Sequence record: OZ035793.1
Length of the DNA stretch: 45,509 nucleotides
Direction: 5' to 3' (one strand)
Source: Veterinaerplatzvirus T145P1
The notes beneath the pieces were generated by a model. It saw only the letters and a program-made list of their open reading frames with translations. It did not search any database and was not told the DNA's origin. The translations under genes and the position numbers were made by a program. Below, one piece after another: positions 1 through 9,656 of this stretch (its first letter is position 1; each line of letters starts with the position of its first letter).

Positions 1-29
1 ATAATCTGACACCAACAAAGGAGGATTAA

Positions 30-536
30 ATGAGCAAAGCAGCATTAAAGATGGGTGAGGGAAATTTCAAGGCGCTCTACAACAAGAAGTATGGCGATAT
101 TGCTATGGTGGCAATTAACCGCAAGTACACGCCTGAGGAAGTTTTCGATTTCGCCGTTAGGTACTTCTCATGGGCTGAAAGTACTGCAATCAAGGCCGCT
201 GAGACAGCATCATTTCAGGGCATGGTCACTGAACACCTCATACATAAACCTCGAGTATTCACATTAACCGGGCTGGCGCTCTTCATGGGTGTTAATATCA
301 ATAGGTTCGCTCGCTGGCGTACTGAGGCTGGATACTCTGACGTGATGGAATTCATTGATAACGTAATCTACGAGCAGAAATACCAGCTTGGCGTCGCAGG
401 CATCATCAACTCCACCATCGTTGGTAAAGAGCTTGGCATTGATAAGCCGCAGGAGATTACCATTAGCAACAACTCCACAGCTAACGACGTTGACAGCATG
501 AAGGAAGCGCTGGAATCTGTTATTGGTAAACTATAA
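30..536 (+). CDS. terminase small subunit (putative)
   Basis: RBS aaggagg at 18-24; sits immediately upstream of the large terminase ORF; no diagnostic motif recognised, call is by position. Confidence 0.55.
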   Translation: MSKAALKMGEGNFKALYNKKYGDIAMVAINRKYTPEEVFDFAVRYFSWAESTAIKAAETASFQGMVTEHLIHKPRVFTLTGLALFMGVNINRFARWRTEAGYSDVMEFIDNVIYEQKYQLGVAGIINSTIVGKELGIDKPQEITISNNSTANDVDSMKEALESVIGKL

Positions 537-553
537 CAATAAGAGGGTATAAC

Positions 554-2119
554 ATGTCTTTAGTATGGGAAGAAATGACCATTCAGGAAAAGATGGCGGT
601 TAAGGCGATATCAGAACACAGCTTCGAGGGGTTTCTTCGCTGCTGGTTTTCAATAACGCAAGGCGAGCGATATATCCCTAACTGGCATCACAAATATCTA
701 TGCCGAATTATCGACGAGATTATTGCAGGTGAGCGCAAGGACACTATAATTAACATAGCGCCTGGTAGCGGGAAGACAGAGATCGCATCAATCCACTTCC
801 CGGCCTACTCGATGGTTAAGCTGAAGAAGGTGAGGAACCTTAACATCTCATTTGCTGACTCCCTGGTTAAGCGCAACTCTAAGCGCGTACGTGACCTTAT
901 CAAGTCTCAAGAATTTCAATCACTATGGCCTTGCAAGTTTGGCACATGCAAAGACGATGAACTTCAGGTTCTTGATGAGAGTGGCAGGGTTAGATTTGAG
1001 TCAATATCAAAGGCGGCTGGGGGTCAGATTACTGGTGCTCGAGGTGGTTATATAACAGAAACATATAGCGGAGCCGTTCTATTGGATGATTTTGACAAAC
1101 CCGCAGATATGCTTTCTCCGGTTTATCGAGCTAACAACCACGTAATGCTTAAGAACACAATTCGATCACGTCGCGCTAGCTCTGTAAAGGGAAAGGCAAC
1201 ACCAATTATCTCTATACAGCAGCGCCTGCACGTCAATGACTCAACCTGGTTCATGATGGAAGGCGGTATGGGCATCAAATTCGATTTAATTAAGATACCA
1301 GCGCTAGTTACCGATGATTACATCGATTCACTTCCTGACTGGATTAAAGATCAGTTTGCTGAGGACGTACTAAGCAGTGAATATATTGAGCGAGATGGAG
1401 TAAAGTACTACAGCTACTTTCCTAAAAAGGAATCCGTAAACGACCTGGTGGCAATGTGGGATAGTGACCCGTACACTTTCCTTAGCCAATATCAACAATG
1501 CCCAGTGGCTCTTGGCGGTAACCTGATTAACGTGGATTGGTTCCAGCGTCTTAGTGATACATTCAGGCCTCCAGCTAAGTACGATTACAGATTCATCACA
1601 TGCGATACTGCGATGACTACAAAGAGTTATAGTGACTTCTCCGTGCTTCAGTTATGGGGCTATAAGGATGCTAAGATTTACCTGATAGACCAGCGCAGGG
1701 GAAAATGGGAAGCACCAGAGTTGGAGGCTGAACTGCTGGACTTCGAGAAGAAATCAAGGGCAACCAGTCAGTCAGATGGTATCCTCAGAAAGATTATTAT
1801 CGAGAAGAAAGCGTCTGGTATCGGCCTGATTCAATCAGCTGGCAGGGTTATGCGAACACCGATAGAGCCATACGTACCGGATAACGACAAGCTTACTCGC
1901 GTAATGAGCGCATTGCCACAGATTAAGGCTGGTAATGTCGTTCTTCCAGAGTCTGCGCCGTGGCTAAACGGATTGCTTACTGAGGTTGCTGCTTTTACGG
2001 CAGATGATAGCCACAAACACGACGACCAGATTGACTGTCTAACTATGGCAATCAACCTGGTACTTAACATTGCGGACGACCCCAAAGCGCGACTAATGCG
2101 CATAGCGGGAATTAAATAG
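554..2119 (+). CDS. terminase large subunit
   Basis: 521 aa; P-loop-like IAPGSGKTE near N-terminus, acidic C-terminal nuclease-like half; canonical position before portal. Confidence 0.85.
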   Translation: MSLVWEEMTIQEKMAVKAISEHSFEGFLRCWFSITQGERYIPNWHHKYLCRIIDEIIAGERKDTIINIAPGSGKTEIASIHFPAYSMVKLKKVRNLNISFADSLVKRNSKRVRDLIKSQEFQSLWPCKFGTCKDDELQVLDESGRVRFESISKAAGGQITGARGGYITETYSGAVLLDDFDKPADMLSPVYRANNHVMLKNTIRSRRASSVKGKATPIISIQQRLHVNDSTWFMMEGGMGIKFDLIKIPALVTDDYIDSLPDWIKDQFAEDVLSSEYIERDGVKYYSYFPKKESVNDLVAMWDSDPYTFLSQYQQCPVALGGNLINVDWFQRLSDTFRPPAKYDYRFITCDTAMTTKSYSDFSVLQLWGYKDAKIYLIDQRRGKWEAPELEAELLDFEKKSRATSQSDGILRKIIIEKKASGIGLIQSAGRVMRTPIEPYVPDNDKLTRVMSALPQIKAGNVVLPESAPWLNGLLTEVAAFTADDSHKHDDQIDCLTMAINLVLNIADDPKARLMRIAGIK

Positions 2120-2159
2120 CACGAATTGCTAAACGCTAGAGCCACGGATGGCGTATAGT
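2115..2159 (+). promoter_or_regulatory. composite promoter element (palindrome AATAGCACGAATTGCTAAA, 22 bp, TATAGT)
   Basis: Palindrome begins at TerL stop; TTGCTA to TATAGT spacing is 22 bp; drives moron 2191. Confidence 0.55.
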
Positions 2160-2190
2160 TACTTCACACCAACAAGAGGAGAAAAGGCAA

Positions 2191-2565
2191 ATGAAAAACA
2201 AATCAAAGGCTTTATATCTTGGAAACACTTATGACGAGTGTTGTGAATTCACGCCGGGAAGAGAGTACGATTGTTACGATCTTGGTGATGGATTTATTGG
2301 TCTTTGCGATGATAATGATACTGAACGTTGCATTAAAAACGGAACGTTCTACAAGTTTAAACTAATCAATGAGGATCATTTTGTAACTGAAACTGAGTGC
2401 GCATCCATGCAGCCTAGCGCCGATAAAAAACCCGAGTTTAGATATTACATCAATGGCGAAGTGGTTACTAAGGTAAAGTTCGACGATACGCTATTATGCG
2501 TCAAGGACTTTGAATCTAGTGGGGTTGATACATCATCAATCAAGTTCGAAGTAAAATTCGAGTAA
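2191..2565 (+). CDS. hypothetical Cys-rich acidic protein (moron-like unit)
   Basis: Own upstream composite promoter element (2115-2159), RBS aggag, own terminator 2588-2609; inserted between TerL and portal. Confidence 0.6.
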   Translation: MKNKSKALYLGNTYDECCEFTPGREYDCYDLGDGFIGLCDDNDTERCIKNGTFYKFKLINEDHFVTETECASMQPSADKKPEFRYYINGEVVTKVKFDDTLLCVKDFESSGVDTSSIKFEVKFE

Positions 2566-2587
2566 TCAAAAACCGTGTGATAAACTA

Positions 2588-2609
2588 GCCCCCACATGGG
2601 GCTTTTTTT
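2588..2609 (+). terminator. intrinsic terminator
   Basis: GCCCC-cacat-GGGGC followed by T7. Confidence 0.7.
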
Positions 2610-2623
2610 ATTGGAGAAATGCA

Positions 2624-3874
2624 ATGGTAAAGACAGACAGCTACGCCAATATCTTTCTCGGCGGCAGTGATGGTAGTGAGATTTACGGGAGCTTACAGAA
2701 TCAGGAGCCTACAATCCTGGCTTCTCTTTATGCGAATAATGCGCTGGTACGTAGAATTATCGACACAATCCCTGAGACAGCATTAGCGGCAGGATTCCAC
2801 ATTGATGGTATTGATGATGAGCCAGCATTTTGGTCGCGATGGGATGACCTGGAAATGACGCAGAATATTAACGACGCTTGGGCGTGGGCCAGATTGTTCG
2901 GTGGAGCCGCAATTGTCGCTATCGTTAAGGACAATAGAGCACTAACAAGTCCGGTCAGGGAAGGTGCTGAACTTGAAACTGTTAGAGTTTACGACCGCAC
3001 GCAAGTAAAAGTACAAACTCGCGAGGAGAATCCACGTAACGCACGTTTTGGTAAGCCACTAACCTATCGCATCACCACAAATGAGAGCGATATGTTCTAT
3101 GATGTGCACTACAGCCGAATTCACATCATTGACGGAGAGCGAATTCCTAACGTAATGCGTCGGCAAAATGATGGCTGGGGCCGTAGCGTTCTATCCAGTG
3201 ACATTCTTGACTCAATTAAGGATTACACCAACTGTGAACGACTTGCTACGCAGTTACTGAAGCGCAAGCAGCAGGCGGTGTGGAAGGCGAAAGGTCTGGC
3301 TGAGTTATGTGATGATAGCGAAGGATTTGGTGCAGCTCGATTGAGACTTGCACAGGTTGACAACAATAGCGGCGTAGGCCAGGCGATTGGTATCGATGCG
3401 GAATCTGAAGAATACAGCATTCTCAACTCCGATATTGGCGGGATCGATGCGTTCCTGGATAAGAAGTTCGATAGAATCGTTGCCCTGAGCGGTATCCATG
3501 AAATCATCCTGAAAAACAAGAACGTTGGTGGTGTGTCATCAAGCCAGAATACAGCCCTTGAGACATTCCATAAGCTAGTTGACCGCAAACGTAACTCTGA
3601 GTTGCTTCCTATTCTTGGGTTCTTAATCCCGTTCATCGTAAATGTAGAAGAGTGGTCAGTTGAGTTTTATCCTTTAGCTCAGGAATCAAGCAAGGATAAG
3701 GCTGAGATTCTGGAGAAGAACGTAAACAGCATTGCATCACTAATTGCATCTGGCGCTATGAATGCTAACGAGGCACGTGATACACTACGAGCCATCGCAC
3801 CAGAGATTAAGATTGGTGATGGTGATATTGAAGCTCAACAACAAGAAAAATCAGAGGAGGTTGTGATTGCTTAA
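2624..3874 (+). CDS. portal protein (putative)
   Basis: 416 aa ORF directly after terminase and before head genes; RBS ggag; assignment by synteny. Confidence 0.6.
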   Translation: MVKTDSYANIFLGGSDGSEIYGSLQNQEPTILASLYANNALVRRIIDTIPETALAAGFHIDGIDDEPAFWSRWDDLEMTQNINDAWAWARLFGGAAIVAIVKDNRALTSPVREGAELETVRVYDRTQVKVQTREENPRNARFGKPLTYRITTNESDMFYDVHYSRIHIIDGERIPNVMRRQNDGWGRSVLSSDILDSIKDYTNCERLATQLLKRKQQAVWKAKGLAELCDDSEGFGAARLRLAQVDNNSGVGQAIGIDAESEEYSILNSDIGGIDAFLDKKFDRIVALSGIHEIILKNKNVGGVSSSQNTALETFHKLVDRKRNSELLPILGFLIPFIVNVEEWSVEFYPLAQESSKDKAEILEKNVNSIASLIASGAMNANEARDTLRAIAPEIKIGDGDIEAQQQEKSEEVVIA

Positions 3875-3939
3875 ATTAATTGGTTACGGTGGTGGTTAAT
3901 GAATGATGAATTTGATGGCTTTTAGTGAGGAGAATTGGG

Positions 3940-5028
3940 ATGTGTAAAATCCGCTATGACAGCGCAAAGTTTAAGGCAACAATCGACGAGAATGGATTCT
4001 TAGTCGACACGCCAGTGGTGGCGCGTCTAGGCGTGCAAGTCTACTACATGGAGGACGGTCGAACGGTTCGTGAGTTTCGCCCAGCGGAGGAGGTTTTCAA
4101 GGATGAATCTCTAGCCAGCTACCAGGGTAAGCCAATGACTCTTGACCATGTTTTCGTTAACTCAGAGAATGCTAAAGAGGTGGTGGTAGGATCAGTTGCT
4201 GGAAAGGCGGAGCCATTAGGCAGCTCTGTGGTTGCTCCAATTGTTATTTACGATAGTGCCGCCATCAAGGAAGCCATGGCGGGTAACGCAAAGGAGTTAT
4301 CCGTTGGATACTCATCGGTTATTGATTACACCCCCGGCTGGGGCGACCCTGTTACTGGCGAGTACTTCCTTAAGTCTGAAAGTGAGCTATTCGACGTACC
4401 AGAAGGATGGCAGGAGTTCGACGCAATTCAGCGTGACATTAAAGTGAACCATCTGGCAATGGTGTATCGCGGTCGCGCAGGTATTGCCAAATTGAATATG
4501 GACGGTGAGCAGGAAAACCCGTATACTACTGACGTTGATATCAATAAAGAGGATAAACAGGAAATGACAGTTAAAATTAAACTCGACGGCGCGCAGGAAT
4601 TTGAAGTTGCCCCGGAAATCGCTTCTCACATCGAAGCACTGAACGCAAAGGCTGACACTGCAATCGCAGAGCGCGATGCACTGAAAGCTAAAGTTGATGC
4701 AATGCCTGCTGAAATCGAGGCCGCAGTTGCTAAAGCGAAAGCTGATGCTGATGCCCTGGCTGCTCTGGTTGCTGTTGCTGCCGAGGCTGGTGTAAAGGCT
4801 GATGGACTGGATGCTAAAGGCATTAAAGTAGCTTACGTTAAGGAAGTCTCAGGCCTGGATGTTTCCGAGAAGTCCGACGCGTACATCGACGCAGCGTTCG
4901 ACATTGCCAAAGAATCTGATAAAATGGCTGAAGTACGTAAAGCGACTACCGCTTCCGACAAATCTGACAGCGCCGATGAGCCTAAGAAATTAGACCCGCG
5001 TGCTCGTTTAGCTAAAATTAAGAAATAA
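3940..5028 (+). CDS. head morphogenesis protein with scaffold-like coiled-coil (putative protease/scaffold)
   Basis: Start trimmed to ATG 3940 behind RBS gaggag; Ala/Lys/Glu-rich coiled-coil segment typical of scaffolds; position between portal and capsid. Confidence 0.45.
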   Translation: MCKIRYDSAKFKATIDENGFLVDTPVVARLGVQVYYMEDGRTVREFRPAEEVFKDESLASYQGKPMTLDHVFVNSENAKEVVVGSVAGKAEPLGSSVVAPIVIYDSAAIKEAMAGNAKELSVGYSSVIDYTPGWGDPVTGEYFLKSESELFDVPEGWQEFDAIQRDIKVNHLAMVYRGRAGIAKLNMDGEQENPYTTDVDINKEDKQEMTVKIKLDGAQEFEVAPEIASHIEALNAKADTAIAERDALKAKVDAMPAEIEAAVAKAKADADALAALVAVAAEAGVKADGLDAKGIKVAYVKEVSGLDVSEKSDAYIDAAFDIAKESDKMAEVRKATTASDKSDSADEPKKLDPRARLAKIKK

Positions 5029-5040
5029 GGAGTTATAAAC

Positions 5041-5562
5041 ATGGCAATTCGTTCCGTAGCACTGGCTGGTATGGTTTCTGATACTTCTCTGTACAACATC
5101 GACGGCGCTTGTGTAGTTGGCGGCGCAGCAGCCATTCCGGTTGGCACTTTTGTTGGCGTTACATCCGCTCAGCCTGTAGATGGTCACAAAGTTGTTGGGC
5201 TTCCTGCTGTGACTGGCACACCAGTTAAACCTTACGGTGTTGTTGTTAAATCTCATTATGAGACTCCAGATGGCACCGCTCGCGTAAATGAAGCGGTTAA
5301 CGTGATGACACACGGTCGAATCTGGGTTCGTACAACTCTAGCGGCTGCGCCAGTTTTTGGTAGTAAGGTTTACGTAAACGCGAGTGGCGTTGTTGCTGCT
5401 AAGGCTGCTACCACTACCTGGGAAACTGGTTTTACATTTGCTGGTGGCTATGTGTCGGCTTACGCTGGCGGCGCTGACCCAATTAAGCAAGGTGAAAGCG
5501 TTGATGGTGCAATGGTTGAGGTTCAGTTGATTCAATCAGCAGACTCAACTGTCGCCGCTTAA
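5041..5562 (+). CDS. head structural/decoration protein (putative)
   Basis: Gly/Ala/Val-rich 173 aa protein, strong RBS aaggag, followed by strong terminator 5580-5601. Confidence 0.4.
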   Translation: MAIRSVALAGMVSDTSLYNIDGACVVGGAAAIPVGTFVGVTSAQPVDGHKVVGLPAVTGTPVKPYGVVVKSHYETPDGTARVNEAVNVMTHGRIWVRTTLAAAPVFGSKVYVNASGVVAAKAATTTWETGFTFAGGYVSAYAGGADPIKQGESVDGAMVEVQLIQSADSTVAA

Positions 5563-5579
5563 TAATTAAGATATATAAA

Positions 5580-5601
5580 GCCTCCTTCGGGAGGTTTTTT
5601 T
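5580..5601 (+). terminator. intrinsic terminator (cUUCGg tetraloop)
   Basis: CCTCC-ttcg-GGAGG plus T7. Confidence 0.75.
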
Positions 5602-5607
5602 ATACCA

Positions 5608-5635
5608 TTGCGTGGGCTAAAAACTCGTGTATAAT
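5608..5635 (+). promoter_or_regulatory. sigma70-like promoter TTGCGT-16-TATAAT (capsid gene)
   Basis: Near-consensus hexamers between terminator 5580-5601 and capsid gene RBS. Confidence 0.5.
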
Positions 5636-5673
5636 GAACCCGTAGACACCTAACTGAAAAGGAACAATAAAGA

Positions 5674-6618
5674 ATGGCCATTAAATTTGATGCAGAACAA
5701 GCAAAAATCACCGCTCACCTCGAGCAAATGGGCGTAGAGAAAGCAGATGCCGCTGGTATCTGGACTGTTAAGCAACTGACCGCCAATCTGGCACGAGCTT
5801 ACGAAAAAGAATATGCAGACAACTCCGTTGTTAATATCTTCCCTGTGACCAATGAAATCCCTGGTCATGCGAAATATTTCGAATATCCAGAATTTGACGG
5901 CGTTGGCATTGCTCAGATTATCGCCGATTACTCTGACGACTTGCCGCTGGTTGATGCGTTTATGACCGAGAAACAGGGTAAAGTGTTCCGCTTTGGTAAC
6001 GCGTTCCTGATCTCCACTGACGAAATCAAAGCAGGTGCGGCAACTGGTCAGCCACTGTCGGCTCGCAAACAGGCTCTGGCATTCGAAGCGCATGATAACC
6101 TGCTGGATAAACTGGTATGGTCAGGCTCTACACCGCACGGAATTCCTAGCGTGTTCAATCATCCGAACATCAACAACGTTGTTTCTGGTGGTGCGTGGAG
6201 CTCTGCAGCTGCCGCCATGACTGATATTACCGCACTTATTGATGCAATCGAGACTGCGACTAATGGCACTCACACCGCAACTGATATCTTGCTGCCTGCC
6301 TCCGCTCGCCGCCTGATGCAAGAACTGGTGCCGAATACATCTATCAGCTACGCCCAGCTGTTCGCTACCAATAACTCTGGTATCACTCTGCGTTATCTTC
6401 AGTTCCTGGATAACTACGACGGAGCAGGCGGTAAAGCAGCATTGGCGTTTGAAAAGAATCCTCTCAACCTTTCGATTGAGATCCCGGAAGCGACCAATGT
6501 ACTTCCCGGACAGCCTAAGGATTTGCACATCCGCTACCCTGTTACCTCCAAAGCAACAGGATTGATTTTATATCGCCCTCTGACGGTGGCCGTAATGAAA
6601 GGTATCACCTTCGCGTGA
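5674..6618 (+). CDS. major capsid protein (putative)
   Basis: 314 aa; own near-consensus sigma70 promoter (TTGCGT-16-TATAAT at 5608-5635) and terminator 6625-6646; size and position fit a major capsid protein. Confidence 0.55.
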   Translation: MAIKFDAEQAKITAHLEQMGVEKADAAGIWTVKQLTANLARAYEKEYADNSVVNIFPVTNEIPGHAKYFEYPEFDGVGIAQIIADYSDDLPLVDAFMTEKQGKVFRFGNAFLISTDEIKAGAATGQPLSARKQALAFEAHDNLLDKLVWSGSTPHGIPSVFNHPNINNVVSGGAWSSAAAAMTDITALIDAIETATNGTHTATDILLPASARRLMQELVPNTSISYAQLFATNNSGITLRYLQFLDNYDGAGGKAALAFEKNPLNLSIEIPEATNVLPGQPKDLHIRYPVTSKATGLILYRPLTVAVMKGITFA

Positions 6619-6624
6619 TAAATC

Positions 6625-6646
6625 GCCCTCTTCGGAGGGCTTTTTT
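6625..6646 (+). terminator. intrinsic terminator (cUUCGg tetraloop)
   Basis: GCCCTC-ttcg-GAGGGC plus T6. Confidence 0.75.
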
Positions 6647-6709
6647 ACGTCTGTACCAAATGGATTTGTTGGGTTATAATCACTAAATCAGATAACAAAG
6701 GAGACAAAA

Positions 6710-6955
6710 ATGATTCGTTTAGAACACACTGGCGCTTGCCTTATCGTTTACAGGGGTGAGAAATATTTGCCTGGTGACACTTTCGAGGTTGATGCAATTT
6801 GCGACGGACTCAAGCGTTTAATCGCAGAGGGTAAACTCACCATTGAGGGTGACGCCAAAGCAACCAAACAAATCGCGCAAGAAGTTGTTAGCAAGAAAAA
6901 GCGCAGAGAACCGAAAACCATCTCCGAGGCTGAGACTGGTAACGAGTACAAATAA
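6710..6955 (+). CDS. hypothetical protein
   Basis: 81 aa ORF with RBS aaggag, bracketed by terminators at 6625-6646 and 6961-6984. Confidence 0.5.
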   Translation: MIRLEHTGACLIVYRGEKYLPGDTFEVDAICDGLKRLIAEGKLTIEGDAKATKQIAQEVVSKKKRREPKTISEAETGNEYK

Positions 6956-6960
6956 TAAAC

Positions 6961-6984
6961 AGGGCGCTTCGGCGTCCTTTATTG
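6961..6984 (+). terminator. weak intrinsic terminator
   Basis: AGGGCGC-ttcg-GCGTCCT with one G-U pair, interrupted T tract TTTATT. Confidence 0.45.
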
Positions 6985-6996
6985 TATGGAGCTAAT

Positions 6997-7398
6997 ATGA
7001 ATGATGCAATTTTGGCGTTTATGCGCTCGCTTGTACCTGCTCTCAAAGCGGCGGATGACGAATCAATTAATGTATGGATTGATTTGGCACGTCTATACGT
7101 ATGCGAAAGCAAGTTTGGCGCAGACAAAGACAAGGCTGTGGGTCTTTATGCGTTACACCTAATGCTTGCTGATGGCGCATTTAAGGGTGAGAACGAAGGG
7201 CTAGAAACATACAGTCGTAGAATGACAAGCTACGCACTGAGCGGTGAATTCTCTATCACATATGATACCCAATCAGCAGCATCTGGTGATTTATCATCTT
7301 CTCAATTCGGTAGGATGTATAAGGCGCTTCTTCGCAAGAAAGGCGGTGGATTTGGATTGATTACTTCCGCTACTGGCGGTGGGTGCGGTTGCCGATGA
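6997..7398 (+). CDS. head-tail connector/adaptor protein (putative)
   Basis: Start trimmed to ATG 6997 behind ggag; position between capsid and tail genes. Confidence 0.35.
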   Translation: MNDAILAFMRSLVPALKAADDESINVWIDLARLYVCESKFGADKDKAVGLYALHLMLADGAFKGENEGLETYSRRMTSYALSGEFSITYDTQSAASGDLSSSQFGRMYKALLRKKGGGFGLITSATGGGCGCR

Positions 7399-7766
7399 AC
7401 TACAGCGAAATAGAATCAATCACTCGCGCTGGAATTAACTTCTTTAGTGATGCCAATGGCGTTTACGAAATGAGCACTGGTGCTGGATATGTTAAAATCG
7501 TCAATGGCGTTGAAGTAGAAGTGCCAGCGCAAACATTCCAGCTAAAAGGCTTAGTGCGAGAAATCAAGACGCGAGATATTGATGGCGAGTTTATCCAGTT
7601 TGGCGATAAGCGCGGAATCTTCACAGCACAGGTAGAAATCAAACAGGGTTATCAGATTAAAGTTGATGGTGAGACTTTTGTTGTTGTTGACCCTCGACCC
7701 GTAAAACCAACCGGCACAGTTGTTGGGTATAGACCGATTCTTCGTAGGGTGGCTACTTATGGCTAA
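7383..7766 (+). CDS. head-tail joining protein (putative)
   Basis: Overlaps neighbours at both ends; synteny. Confidence 0.35.
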   Translation: MRLPMNYSEIESITRAGINFFSDANGVYEMSTGAGYVKIVNGVEVEVPAQTFQLKGLVREIKTRDIDGEFIQFGDKRGIFTAQVEIKQGYQIKVDGETFVVVDPRPVKPTGTVVGYRPILRRVATYG

Positions 7767-8196
7767 AAATATTGGAAGCGTGGCCACTTTTGAGAAATAT
7801 ATTGCTGACTGGATTGATAGAGCGGACAATGGCTTTGAGATTGTAGTGGCCAACACAGTTACAAAGACAGCTAACGCAATTGTAGACCTTTCCCCTGTCG
7901 ACACGGGTAGGTTCAAGGCTAACTGGCAAATCACCGCAAACTCACCAGCTCAGCAGTCTCTTAATGAGTACGATCAGACTGGTGGTCAGACCAAAACATA
8001 TCTCGCCAGGCAAGCAAGAGCTGTCGCCAACTCAAAAGTAACCAGTGTTATTTATATCACCAACCGACTTGATTACGCATCCAACCTTGAGTATGGTGCT
8101 TCAAATCAGGCTCCAGCCGGTGTTTTAGGCGTGGTTCAAGCAAGGTTGGGTAGGTATTTCCAGGAAGCAGTAGAGGAGGCGCGTCGTGCAATATGA
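7759..8196 (+). CDS. neck/tail completion protein (putative)
   Basis: Start trimmed to ATG 7759, which overlaps the upstream stop (ATGGCTAA). Confidence 0.35.
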   Translation: MAKNIGSVATFEKYIADWIDRADNGFEIVVANTVTKTANAIVDLSPVDTGRFKANWQITANSPAQQSLNEYDQTGGQTKTYLARQARAVANSKVTSVIYITNRLDYASNLEYGASNQAPAGVLGVVQARLGRYFQEAVEEARRAI

Positions 8197-8587
8197 ATTA
8201 TCATTAGCGGCAAGGAAATTCGTCAATGATTTACTGGTAAGTGAATTTCCGGTCAGATATCCAGTTGCGTGGGAGAATGCTGCATTCACCCCTCCTGCGG
8301 ATGGATCAATCTGGCTTAAGTACGACTACACGGAAGTTGATACTGTAACCTACGGATTAAGCAGGAAGTGCAAATACTACGTAGGCATGGTGCAGATTTC
8401 TGTTTTCTTCAGCCCGGGCACTGGAGTTGATAAGCCTAGGCAAATCGCTAATCAATTGGCAGAATCTATCGTTGATGGTACAATGCTTGACAGCGGGACC
8501 ATTTATGAGTCTGGAGTTGTTAACCCAGTTATCAAATCCAGATCTGGGTGGTTTATCCCGGTTCGTTTTTATGTTCGTCTAGACTAA
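8186..8587 (+). CDS. tail completion/terminator protein (putative)
   Basis: Overlapping start with upstream gene; immediately precedes major tail protein. Confidence 0.35.
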   Translation: MQYELSLAARKFVNDLLVSEFPVRYPVAWENAAFTPPADGSIWLKYDYTEVDTVTYGLSRKCKYYVGMVQISVFFSPGTGVDKPRQIANQLAESIVDGTMLDSGTIYESGVVNPVIKSRSGWFIPVRFYVRLD

Positions 8588-8602
8588 CAAAAGGAAAAAT
8601 AC

Positions 8603-9259
8603 ATGGCTCATTTATCAAACGGCACTCAGGTGTTCGTAGAAGGCTCTCGCGGTAATGCGATTGACGTAACTGCAATTTCTAACGCAGTTACCCCCGTTTT
8701 AACTGTATCCGACGCTTCTGGTTTGGCCGTTGGTGATTACCTGCTTTTCACCTCTTCTGCCTCTACGCTTCTGGCTGACAAGCAAGTTCGAGTAACTGCA
8801 ATCACTGGTACGTCAGTAACTGTTGAAGGTATTGATACCTCCAGCACCACCAAGTTCCCGGCCGGTTTAACTGGTGAAGTTGTTAAAATCACCTCCTGGT
8901 TCGAAGTTCCGTGTGTTCAGGACGTATCTACTGACGGCGGCGAACAGCAGTTCGTTAACTTCCAATGTCTTTCTGATGACCGCGAGCAGCAGATTCCGAC
9001 TTATAAATCTGCGGTAACAAACACCTTTACCTTTGCTCATGAGTACACTAACCCGGTCTATCCGGTTCTGCGTAACTACGATGAGTCTGGCCAGGTTGTT
9101 GCAATTCGTCTGTTCGTACCTCGCGCCAGCGAAATGCGCTTGCAGTCCGGCACTATCGCTTTCAACGACACCCCTACAATTGGTGTTAATGAAATCGAAA
9201 CGGTATCCATCGCAGTATCCATTCGTGGGCGCCTATCCTCTGTGGCAGCAGAAGTTTAA
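8603..9259 (+). CDS. major tail protein (putative)
   Basis: 218 aa Thr/Val/Ser-rich protein, RBS aaggaaaa, followed by strong terminator 9266-9288; position before chaperone and tape measure. Confidence 0.55.
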   Translation: MAHLSNGTQVFVEGSRGNAIDVTAISNAVTPVLTVSDASGLAVGDYLLFTSSASTLLADKQVRVTAITGTSVTVEGIDTSSTTKFPAGLTGEVVKITSWFEVPCVQDVSTDGGEQQFVNFQCLSDDREQQIPTYKSAVTNTFTFAHEYTNPVYPVLRNYDESGQVVAIRLFVPRASEMRLQSGTIAFNDTPTIGVNEIETVSIAVSIRGRLSSVAAEV

Positions 9260-9265
9260 AGCGCA

Positions 9266-9288
9266 AACCCTCTTCGGAGGGTTTTTTA
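9266..9288 (+). terminator. intrinsic terminator (cUUCGg tetraloop)
   Basis: AACCCTC-ttcg-GAGGGTT plus T6. Confidence 0.75.
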
Positions 9289-9293
9289 TTGCA

Positions 9294-9336
9294 TAGCACT
9301 TTTTGCTAAAGCGGTTATTCAACTTTGCTGTATAGT
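9294..9336 (+). promoter_or_regulatory. composite promoter element
   Basis: ATAGCACTTTTTGCTAAA, 22 bp, TATAGTTA, then CATCGAAACGA leader. Confidence 0.55.
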
Positions 9337-9369
9337 TACCTCATCGAAACGAAATGAGAGATTAAAGAA

Positions 9370-9618
9370 ATGAATAACGTTAAAAACATCATCAAGCTCG
9401 CTGCGGTTCTGTTTGCTTTTTATGCGGTAGTTCAGATTGTAAACCCAACAGGTGAGGCTGATGCCAATAGCAAGGCAAACAAATATACTGTTGAATTTGC
9501 TAAGGATGAGCGAGCATGTCAGGAGCTTGTAGGTGGCAAAGTTGACCAAATCATGAAATACGGCAAAGAGGTTTGTAAGGACTCGGCTGCTAAGATTGCA
9601 AAAGAAAACACTAAGTAA
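9370..9618 (+). CDS. small secreted/membrane-anchored protein (moron)
   Basis: N-terminal hydrophobic signal-like segment, two Cys; own composite promoter element 9294-9336 with CATCGAAACGA leader; inserted between major tail and chaperone genes. Confidence 0.55.
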   Translation: MNNVKNIIKLAAVLFAFYAVVQIVNPTGEADANSKANKYTVEFAKDERACQELVGGKVDQIMKYGKEVCKDSAAKIAKENTK

Positions 9619-9656
9619 TAGAATACATACTCACAAACAATAAGAGGATTAACAAA

